DNA of 28,086 bases from a virus (taxonomy: Duplodnaviria > Caudoviricetes). Shown piece after piece: positions 1 through 6,918 of this stretch. Below the pieces are notes generated by a model that made no database searches, was not told the DNA's origin, and worked only from the letters and a program-made list of their open reading frames with translations. The translations under genes and the position numbers were made by a program. Numbering within the stretch: position 1 is the stretch's first letter; the number at the start of each line of letters is the position of its first letter. The stretch spans positions 1 through 28,086 of IMG/VR virus record IMGVR_UViG_3300025141_000571; one strand, written 5' to 3'.

Positions 1-24
1 ACAGAGGTCCATAAAGCTGCATAA
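1..24 (+). CDS. Probable 3' end of an upstream virion gene (…TEVHKAA*), truncated by the window
   Basis: Frame 1 reads ACA GAG GTC CAT AAA GCT GCA TAA and is followed by an AT-rich intergenic gap. Only 7 codons are visible. Confidence 0.35.
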   Translation, partial: TEVHKAA

Positions 25-29
25 AAGTT

Positions 30-70
30 TTGACAAACTTTATAATAATCAATAAAACTTTATTAGGAGA
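30..70 (+). promoter_or_regulatory. Putative sigma70-like promoter and Shine-Dalgarno for the tail genes
   Basis: Perfect TTGACA at 30-35, 17-nt spacer, imperfect -10 TAAAAC at 53-58. AGGAGA at 65-70 lies before the ATG at 75. Confidence 0.45.
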
Positions 71-74
71 TTAA

Positions 75-812
75 ATGTCAACATATTCAACAGGTTTAAG
101 AATAGAGCTACAAACTACAGGAGCAAATTCAGGTACCTGGGGTACCATTACCAATAATAACTTTTCTCAAGTTTTTGAATTTGCTATTGCTGGAGTTTAT
201 GCGGTACCCGCAATTACAACTGGAACCTCAACAACTTTAACAAATGCTGATGGACCTCAAACTCAAGCAGCCAATCAAGCAAGACAAAATACATTATTAT
301 TTAGTGGAACTGTATCGACAACTCATACTGTTCAATTCCCAGCTACTCAGAAGACATACGGAATTTACAATAATATTTCAGGCGGTGCAGACATATCTGC
401 AAGGTTAGGGGCAACAGGTAATACACTTACTATTACAAATGGTAAATACCGTTTAGTCGCAACAGATGGAACAAATTGGTACGATATATTTTCTTTAGCT
501 GGATTAGGTGAAACATGGGTAGAAAAAGATAATACTGATTCTCCTTACACGGCTTCGGCAGGTGATAATATTTTTGTAGATTGTTCAGCAGCAGTTGTAA
601 CAGTCACTCTTCCTGCTTCTCCTACGATAGGAGATCAGGTAAAAATCGTAGATGGCACAGGTAGTGCTGCTACATATAACATTACAGTTGGTCGTAACTC
701 TGAAAAAATTCAGGGGGCTGCCTCAGATTTAACAATTAGTACTAACAATGCTGGTATTTCTTTGGTATATTATGATTCAACAAATGGGTGGAGGTTGAAA
801 TATAACGACTAA
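75..812 (+). CDS. Phage tail fibre/tail structural protein
   Basis: T/G/S/N-rich beta protein. The N-terminus (MSTYSTGLRIEL…GTWGTITNNN) is typical of marine podovirus tail proteins. The C-terminal module (VTVTLPASPTIGDQVKIVD…NITVGRN…LVYYDSTNGW) resembles T4 fibre/baseplate repeats. Strong SD; coupled (TAATG) to the tail-collar gene. Confidence 0.8.
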   Translation: MSTYSTGLRIELQTTGANSGTWGTITNNNFSQVFEFAIAGVYAVPAITTGTSTTLTNADGPQTQAANQARQNTLLFSGTVSTTHTVQFPATQKTYGIYNNISGGADISARLGATGNTLTITNGKYRLVATDGTNWYDIFSLAGLGETWVEKDNTDSPYTASAGDNIFVDCSAAVVTVTLPASPTIGDQVKIVDGTGSAATYNITVGRNSEKIQGAASDLTISTNNAGISLVYYDSTNGWRLKYND

Positions 813-1498
813 TGGCTAACTTACAAGATATAGTAAACAGAAGTGAAGTAGGTGCAATTAAGCCTTGGGGTAAAGCAACAGCACCTGCGGGGTATGTTCT
901 TTGTGATGGCGCTGCTATTTCAAGAACAGATTATGCAGATTTATTTGCTGTAATTTCTACTACTTATGGTGCAGGAAATGGATCAACAACTTTTAATGTA
1001 CCTAACCTTGAAGGTAAAATGCCACAAGGATATGATGGTAATACTTACAATATGGCAGGAACTGGCGGTGCTAATACCGTGACGGTAGCTGTTACAAACA
1101 ATCAAGCGGCTACAAGTACAAGTACGCAAGCGGTCAGTATTACAGGATCTATTGATAATACTTCTTTAACCGCTGCTCAAACAGCATCACATACTCATGA
1201 AATGGTGGTGGGGTGGACAGAACAAGGAGGCGGAACCAGTAGTGCTTTTTGTTATGCAGGAGGAATTGGAAATCGTAACAGCAGAAGTGCATGTAATAAT
1301 GCGAAATTAGTTCCTCAATCGTGGACTGATGGAAATGTTGTTTGTAATTCAGGATCAGGAACAGGGCACAATCATGCCCATACTTTATCTGGAACTTTAA
1401 CAGGGAGTGTTTCAACTAATTTAACTGGTGCAGTGACAGCTTCAGGAACAAATTCTTTTTCCCCTTACGTGGTGGTTAACTATATTATCAAACACTAA
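812..1498 (+). CDS. Tail-collar domain short tail fibre (receptor-binding protein)
   Basis: Canonical tail-collar motif GAIKPWGKATAPAGYVLCDGAAISRTDYADLFAVISTTYGAGNGSTTFNVPNL. HxH metal motifs (SHTH, HNHAH) and a C-terminal PYVVVNYIIK, as in T4 gp12-like fibres. Confidence 0.92.
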   Translation: MANLQDIVNRSEVGAIKPWGKATAPAGYVLCDGAAISRTDYADLFAVISTTYGAGNGSTTFNVPNLEGKMPQGYDGNTYNMAGTGGANTVTVAVTNNQAATSTSTQAVSITGSIDNTSLTAAQTASHTHEMVVGWTEQGGGTSSAFCYAGGIGNRNSRSACNNAKLVPQSWTDGNVVCNSGSGTGHNHAHTLSGTLTGSVSTNLTGAVTASGTNSFSPYVVVNYIIKH

Positions 1499-1944
1499 TG
1501 GCTACTCAAATTGTAATTGGGAATAATGATTCTATTCTCCTTGATAATAGTTTTCATATTGCATGGATAGATAAAGGAAAAAATTGGGATAATAATTGGC
1601 TTCCTAATACTATTCATTATGTTATTTACGATGAGGTACCAGGAGATAATGAAATACAAACAATAGACCCTTCTACTGGTAACATGCAAGGAAATACTCT
1701 TTTATCATCTACTACAGATACAGTTGGAACAACAACGGTAGGAGATTTATTAACTTGGGGGGAAACCCGAAAAACACAAATAAAATCTGCTATATTAGAT
1801 TATGGTAACACCCTTGAAAATGCTCAAACTAAATGGACTGATGATGGGAATGATATAGATAATTTCAATTCTGATAATTCTGCTACTTATACTTATTTTG
1901 ACTGGAGTAAGACTTGGCGGGATTATGACGAAGATTATAGTTAA
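1498..1944 (+). CDS. Acidic protein, probable tail fibre assembly chaperone
   Basis: 148 aa, D/W-rich, translationally coupled (TAATG) directly after the fibre. Function is inferred from position only. Confidence 0.5.
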   Translation: MATQIVIGNNDSILLDNSFHIAWIDKGKNWDNNWLPNTIHYVIYDEVPGDNEIQTIDPSTGNMQGNTLLSSTTDTVGTTTVGDLLTWGETRKTQIKSAILDYGNTLENAQTKWTDDGNDIDNFNSDNSATYTYFDWSKTWRDYDEDYS

Positions 1945-1946
1945 AC

Positions 1947-2633
1947 TTATTTAAAACTTTTTTTCTTCCAAAACATAGTTTTATATTTATCTAACCATTT
2001 ACTTGTCAGTAAATTTAAAGTTTCAGTGTGAAGTTTTTCTAAGTAAAATCCAGTCCAAATTTTCCATGATTCACGTTTAAAAGGAATTACTTGTACCATT
2101 GGTTCTCCTTGTTTAATTAAAAACTGTTTCTTTCTTTGATGTAGAATAAAAGGAAAATTAATAACATTTACATATTTATCTGTATCAACAATACCAGCAA
2201 TAATTTCAAATCTAGTTTCTAATCTATTAAAAGGTTTTACAAATAAACAACTATATCCTGGTGGTGTTTTAATTAACCATTTATTCATAAATTTTCCTGC
2301 ATATTCTCCCGTTTTTTTATGCCATTCTTCTGGTAATTGAGCTTTGGAGTGAAACCCAACATCATCTTGTTGTAAGTTCGCTGGTGTAATGGAAAAATCA
2401 TTTTCAACAGGATCTATTAGATAATCTTGATCAAAAGGAATAATGTATCCTGCTGTTAAAGAATCAAGGAAAGGCATACAGGTTTTAACAGTATGCTGAT
2501 GTAGATTTCCGTCTTTGAATCTTTCTAATTTTTTATATTCTTTTGGTATAAAATTAGAAGCAGGTTTAGGGTGAGGCCATACTTTTAAAAATGCTTGGTT
2601 TGTAGCACAAAAAGTTATTTTTTTAGATAGCAT
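1947..2633 (-). CDS. dUTPase-like fold protein (possibly DUF6065-related)
   Basis: Motifs KTCMPFLD, TPPGYSCLF, GIVDTDKY (cf. dUTPase motif III GVIDSDY) and IKQGEPMVQVIP (cf. motif IV). Start moved to the ATG at 2633, just after the upstream stop at 2641. Confidence 0.6.
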   Translation of the reverse strand: MLSKKITFCATNQAFLKVWPHPKPASNFIPKEYKKLERFKDGNLHQHTVKTCMPFLDSLTAGYIIPFDQDYLIDPVENDFSITPANLQQDDVGFHSKAQLPEEWHKKTGEYAGKFMNKWLIKTPPGYSCLFVKPFNRLETRFEIIAGIVDTDKYVNVINFPFILHQRKKQFLIKQGEPMVQVIPFKRESWKIWTGFYLEKLHTETLNLLTSKWLDKYKTMFWKKKSFK

Positions 2634-2640
2634 ATTATGC

Positions 2641-3237
2641 TTAGGAAACACTAACAAAATTAAAAGACATAGATCGGCGAATCTCTCCCTTAATTTTTGG
2701 TTTAAAAGGCATCACACAATGTTGATGACTTGCTAAAAAAATAAAAAAATCACCTACTTTAATATCATCCATCCAAGTACACGCAACACCGTCAGTTGAT
2801 ATAAAACCTAGTTGACCATCTTTAAACTTATGAGGATGTTTTTCCTCATTAATATATTCAGGTACTTTTAAAAACAATACCGTAGACATACCTGTTAAAT
2901 TATGATGTGTATGTGGAGGGTTGTATTCTCCCTCTTTCATATCATTAATCCAACAACTTAAAATATTTAAATTACTTGAAATGGCATTATTCAACGCCAA
3001 ATGATTTAAAGCCATTGTATAATCATTCATACACTTAGTTAAAGTTTTAAATGCTTTTGTAGATTGTAACAAGTGAGTAAAAGCCAATTCAGACTCTAAT
3101 CGTCCTGCTAAACGATGACCAAAATTTTTTAATTTTTTTCTTTCTTTATCATAAATTGTATTTAGATCCTCTATTTCATCTAATGGAATGGAATATCTTT
3201 TTACAATTTTTCCGAATGCGTAGGTTTTACTTTTCAT
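2641..3237 (-). CDS. 2OG-Fe(II) oxygenase-fold protein, HxH type (TIGR02466/2OG-FeII_Oxy_5-like)
   Basis: WINDMKEGEYNPPHTH…STVLFL…HQHCVMPF…RRSMSFN: HxH, distal His and RxS motif. Confidence 0.85.
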   Translation of the reverse strand: MKSKTYAFGKIVKRYSIPLDEIEDLNTIYDKERKKLKNFGHRLAGRLESELAFTHLLQSTKAFKTLTKCMNDYTMALNHLALNNAISSNLNILSCWINDMKEGEYNPPHTHHNLTGMSTVLFLKVPEYINEEKHPHKFKDGQLGFISTDGVACTWMDDIKVGDFFIFLASHQHCVMPFKPKIKGEIRRSMSFNFVSVS

Positions 3238-4124
3238 GATACAGATACCGTAGGAGACATTTCTTGACTTAAAAAATTATCTACTATTTTTTGAGGTTTT
3301 ATAAAGACAGAGTTGGGATATTTAGATCGTAGGTTTTTATTTTTTTCATACCCAAACATTTCAGGGGAAGAACTTCCCCATAAGACAACTCCTTTTTTAT
3401 TAAAATTTTTATTTGAACACATATGCTGTAAAGCACTATCAATAGTAATGAAAGATAAACAATACTTAGCCAATATCATAAAATCCTCCTTATTATAAAA
3501 AAAGGTAGGAAGTGCCTCGTTAAAAGACCATGTGTTTTCAAAATGATTATTTTCATTATTATGACCAAAAACAATTATATTAATTTCAGGCATTGCCTCC
3601 CTTAGTAAATTTATTACTTCCTGTCCTTTTTTATAGTTTCTTCCTAAATTTTCAACATCATATAATTGATTTTCATTTTGGATACCTTGCCCTCCTGTAA
3701 ATTGAACTAAAATAAATGCACCTAATTTTAAGATGTCACTTTTAATAGCTCTTTCTCTTCTGGTATCTATTCTAAAATCAGGGAGTAAATCTTCGCTTTC
3801 AATTTCATATAAATCACACCATGCCTTAATAATATGTTTATCTCCTTTTAAAAAATTAGTCGTCTTATAAGGATCATTAAAAATTATGTTGTTATATTGT
3901 TGAAAATAAAAATTATTATTTTTTAAGACAGGGGCAATATAAGATAGTTCACTACTTGCTACCCTTTCGTCATGGGCATACGTAGTAGGGTAGGAAGAAA
4001 TTATACAAAGATTTTCTTTATATTTTTCTACTATTCCATCAAAAAGAGCTGTAAATTGAAGGTGTTTTCCTAAGCCACCTTCCACTAGATGAATATTTGG
4101 TTTTGCTTCCACAAAGTCCATCAT
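3234..4124 (-). CDS. GT-B glycosyltransferase, GT9 (heptosyltransferase)-like
   Basis: N-terminal EGGLGK loop. C-terminal FITIDSALQH…GVVLWGSSSPEMFGY matches the GT9 signature (DS..H…v.lwG.t.p..fGy). Confidence 0.78.
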   Translation of the reverse strand: MMDFVEAKPNIHLVEGGLGKHLQFTALFDGIVEKYKENLCIISSYPTTYAHDERVASSELSYIAPVLKNNNFYFQQYNNIIFNDPYKTTNFLKGDKHIIKAWCDLYEIESEDLLPDFRIDTRRERAIKSDILKLGAFILVQFTGGQGIQNENQLYDVENLGRNYKKGQEVINLLREAMPEINIIVFGHNNENNHFENTWSFNEALPTFFYNKEDFMILAKYCLSFITIDSALQHMCSNKNFNKKGVVLWGSSSPEMFGYEKNKNLRSKYPNSVFIKPQKIVDNFLSQEMSPTVSVS

Positions 4125-4660
4125 TCGTCCGATAATATAATATTTACACTAATTCGCCAATAACTTAAATTATTGTTTCTCACAAATCCCCCATTATGTA
4201 ACAAATGAGATCTGAATATAATAAATCTCCCAGGTTTATATTCTATTGTATCTCCTTCTACTTTAAATTCTCCTCCATCTTCTAGTTTCCACACGGGAGT
4301 AATAAATCCTAAAATAGTCCAAGAATTATTAGCCACCTTATCTGCATGATATTGGGTTTCACTTTTATCGTTTTTAGCTCCTAAATTAATTCTATGAATA
4401 TGATGGGGAAGATTAAATTTATATTTATCTTCAAATTGTAATTTAACTACATCTAATAACGAATGAAAATAACCAGATAAATAAGTATTATGAGAATTTC
4501 CTTCATCTTCTATAATCATACCAGGAAAACCAATAGCCTCTAAATCATTCAAACCACTTGACGTTCGATCAAGCGTCCAGTTAGGTGTACTTATTACTAT
4601 ATTATAAAGCTTAAAAAGCTGTGTTTTAGAAATAACATTGTCCAAAGTATAAAATTTCAT
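4121..4660 (-). CDS. 2OG-Fe(II) oxygenase, HxD type (prolyl-hydroxylase-like)
   Basis: YHAD…WKLEDGGEF…KPGRFIIFRSHLLHNG…WRISVN. Confidence 0.85.
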   Translation of the reverse strand: MKFYTLDNVISKTQLFKLYNIVISTPNWTLDRTSSGLNDLEAIGFPGMIIEDEGNSHNTYLSGYFHSLLDVVKLQFEDKYKFNLPHHIHRINLGAKNDKSETQYHADKVANNSWTILGFITPVWKLEDGGEFKVEGDTIEYKPGRFIIFRSHLLHNGGFVRNNNLSYWRISVNIILSDE

Positions 4661-5211
4661 GCAGTATTGGATGTAGTTAAATTAGATCTCATCAGGAAAT
4701 TACCTGATATTGATATTCTTTCAATCTCAGTATTATTTTGGCTTGTAAAATGAAAAACTTCACCAGGAAATACTAATAACATTTTTTCTTTAGGTGTAAT
4801 TACTTTTTCAATTATTCTACCATTCCAAAATAAAATAAATCTTAAACTACCCTGACTCTCTATAAATTTAGGGTAGTAAACAAAAGAACAAAAAGCATTC
4901 CCATGATTATGTAAACCTGTTTGTGCTCTTGGCGGTGTTTTATGGACCCATATATCATCGTAATCTAATTCTAACTTCATTATTTTTTCTACTCTTGAAT
5001 GTATCGTTGCTTTAAGATCCTTTAACATAGGAGTATGAGGATATTTAAAATCTTCAAAAAAAGTCGTATCATTATTATCTTCTTTTCTAAAATGACTTTG
5101 ATTTACTTCTTTCATAAGAGCATCAGAATCTAACTCTATAGAGTCTTCAAATACTTGAACCACGGCTAGTAAATGACTTTGTATTTCCATTCTTTTTTCT
5201 GCCTCTTTCAT
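4657..5211 (-). CDS. 2OG-Fe(II) oxygenase-fold protein, HxH type
   Basis: WVHKT…LHNH…SFVYYP…GSLRF…LLVFPGEVFHFT…ERISISGN. The start could alternatively be the ATG at 5190. Confidence 0.85.
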   Translation of the reverse strand: MKEAEKRMEIQSHLLAVVQVFEDSIELDSDALMKEVNQSHFRKEDNNDTTFFEDFKYPHTPMLKDLKATIHSRVEKIMKLELDYDDIWVHKTPPRAQTGLHNHGNAFCSFVYYPKFIESQGSLRFILFWNGRIIEKVITPKEKMLLVFPGEVFHFTSQNNTEIERISISGNFLMRSNLTTSNTA

Positions 5212-5263
5212 AGCATATTTTCTTTGTCAAGAAAACAATTATCCTAATTTGATATTAATGAAC

Positions 5264-5324
5264 TTGATTTAAATCAATGATGTGTTTAAATTAGATCTCA
5301 CCCCAAAATTACAAATCAAGGAGA
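5264..5324 (+). promoter_or_regulatory. Putative promoter overlapping a 14-bp palindrome, plus SD, for the lone + strand gene
   Basis: Perfect palindrome TTGATTTAAATCAA at 5264-5277. TTGATT-17-TAAATT (5264-5292). AAGGAGA at about 5318-5324. Confidence 0.5.
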
Positions 5325-5328
5325 TATT

Positions 5329-5544
5329 ATGGAAAATCAAGAAGTATTGAAGGCTATTGCTACCCTTGCTGATAAGGTGAGTCGCTATCATGAACGTTTA
5401 TTAGCAGTTGAGAGAGAAAAAGAGAAATTAGAGAAAGTAATGTCGGAACATTTAAAAGGGTGTGATTGTCATAATACTTCTAATGAACAAGTGATGTTAA
5501 ATGGTAATTCTAGTGAAACAGAATGTGAAGCGTGCAGTGCTTAA
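5329..5544 (+). CDS. Small coiled-coil protein with CxCH and a C-terminal CxxC (ECEACSA)
   Basis: Strong SD. It fills an otherwise non-coding gap, has a heptad-like N-terminal half, and its stop overlaps the convergent gene's stop (TTAA, 5541-5544). Confidence 0.8.
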   Translation: MENQEVLKAIATLADKVSRYHERLLAVEREKEKLEKVMSEHLKGCDCHNTSNEQVMLNGNSSETECEACSA

Positions 5545-5798
5545 TTTTTTTTAGCAGGTGCAATCATATCTGCTAATCTCGGTGCAAAAATTTTAACATC
5601 TCTTCGTATATCTTCGGATTTAGTCTCGGTATCTGTATTCTCAATATCTTGTTGAGCCTCTTCTTCAGAGGAATATTCATAACCAGTTTTAGTATTAGTA
5701 ATTGTTGTTTCAGACCGACAACTCATCTTTGGTATTTCTCTACCATCATCTAATTTAACTGTTCCTAGTTGTTTAGCTTCTTCTACAATTTTAGGCAT
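5541..5798 (-). CDS. Hypothetical phage protein (85 aa, acidic)
   Basis: AGGAGA SD upstream; overlaps the stop of the upstream oxygenase. No recognisable catalytic motif. Confidence 0.75.
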   Translation of the reverse strand: MPKIVEEAKQLGTVKLDDGREIPKMSCRSETTITNTKTGYEYSSEEEAQQDIENTDTETKSEDIRRDVKIFAPRLADMIAPAKKN

Positions 5799-6384
5799 TC
5801 ATTCTCCTTTTTAATTCTAGGTTAAAACTTAATATAATTCTCTCTTCACTGGAATTATTTTCTTCTACTTCATGATTTAGCCATGAAGGAAAAAAAAGTA
5901 AATCATTTGGTTTAGGGTTCCAAGAAACTCGGGGGCTTGTATGTATGGTTTCCCCTTTCTTTTTGGGGGGTGATAATACCTCAGATTGGGGTCTAGGATC
6001 ATGAAAAACAAGAGCACCACTCTTAGGGGGTACTTGTAAATAAAAGACGCCTGAGAGATAATTAAATGGGTGATTGTGAAGACGATTACTGCTTCCTGGA
6101 CCATTGACCACGGCCCACATACCTGTCATAGATGGAGTCATATAATCTTCAACTGATAAATGATTCATTGCTTCTTGAGACAAATTAACAATTTCTGATT
6201 TTAATGTACTAAACTTTTCATTTTCATGAAGATAATCATGACTATGCCATCCTCCTTTTGTGCTTTTTCCCTTAATAGTTTGAGGTTCTTTTTGTTGTAA
6301 AGATTTAATCTCTTTTATGAGATCTTCATATCCTCCTAAATTTATAGAAAAGACGGGGGTAATAAATAAAGAATGTAAGTCGAT
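5791..6384 (-). CDS. 2OG-Fe(II) oxygenase-fold protein, TIGR02466-like (197 aa, apparent ATC start)
   Basis: The frame stays open upstream of the track's TTG (6183) and encodes the family N-terminus DLHSLFITPVF…STKGGWHSH. SD AAAGGAGA at 6398-6391. Core motifs: LHNHP…LSGVFYL…FHDPRP…FFPSWLNHEV…ERIILSFN. Confidence 0.85.
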   Translation of the reverse strand: MDLHSLFITPVFSINLGGYEDLIKEIKSLQQKEPQTIKGKSTKGGWHSHDYLHENEKFSTLKSEIVNLSQEAMNHLSVEDYMTPSMTGMWAVVNGPGSSNRLHNHPFNYLSGVFYLQVPPKSGALVFHDPRPQSEVLSPPKKKGETIHTSPRVSWNPKPNDLLFFPSWLNHEVEENNSSEERIILSFNLELKRRMNA

Positions 6385-6758
6385 TATAAATCTCCTTTGG
6401 TTACTTCTAAAACACTTGCTGTTACATGTACTTGATTAGCAGCATTTGCTTGTACATATAATATATCACTTTCTTCCAACACTAAGGGCTGGTCTAATAG
6501 TTCTACGGTAGTATTCGCTGAAATACTTTTTTGATTAAATAAAACAAAAGTAGACGATGCACTGGTATCTGTCCATTTTATATCCACTAAAGTGGTATTA
6601 GCAGAATCACTTGCCACTATAAGTGATTTAACAAGTGCTGTTGTAGGAAAAGTTGGTGCTGTTCCTACAGCGCCCACATCCCCTGTCGGTACAGTATATA
6701 CGGCTGTTAAATTTGTATTAACAACATCTAATCCTGCATTTTTAAAAGTATCAGCCAA
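6384..6758 (-). CDS. Small beta-rich putative virion/tail protein
   Basis: TTG start with a GGAG SD. Pattern MADTFKN…VYTVP…TALVKSLIV…PLVLEESDIL…VTASVLEV resembles small structural proteins of marine phages. Confidence 0.7.
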   Translation of the reverse strand: MADTFKNAGLDVVNTNLTAVYTVPTGDVGAVGTAPTFPTTALVKSLIVASDSANTTLVDIKWTDTSASSTFVLFNQKSISANTTVELLDQPLVLEESDILYVQANAANQVHVTASVLEVTKGDL

Positions 6759-6918
6759 GGAACCAACTCCTTCCTGCTGACTTATCTTCTATATCTTGCG
6801 CATAAGAAGTATTAAGAGCTAGAATTAATTGTTCTAATAAACGAATAATTTGATCCAGTTGACTTGCACTATATTCAGGAGTTGCGTTTGGTAATCGTGT
6901 AATTGTTATCTTAGCCAT
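6751..6918 (-). CDS. Small putative tail-associated protein (55 aa; not in ORF track)
   Basis: MAKITITRLPNATPEYSASQLDQIIRLLEQLILALNTSYAQDIEDKSAGRSWFLG*. The ATG overlaps the upstream stop (TAATG), there is a GGAG upstream, and the ORF fills the gap exactly. Confidence 0.8.
   Translation of the reverse strand: MAKITITRLPNATPEYSASQLDQIIRLLEQLILALNTSYAQDIEDKSAGRSWFLG

Noticed and set aside
24-41. Inverted repeat AAAGTTT-tgac-AAACTTT as a terminator
   Set aside because: The stem is almost all A/T and weak, and it overlaps the TTGACA box. It is more likely chance or part of the promoter.
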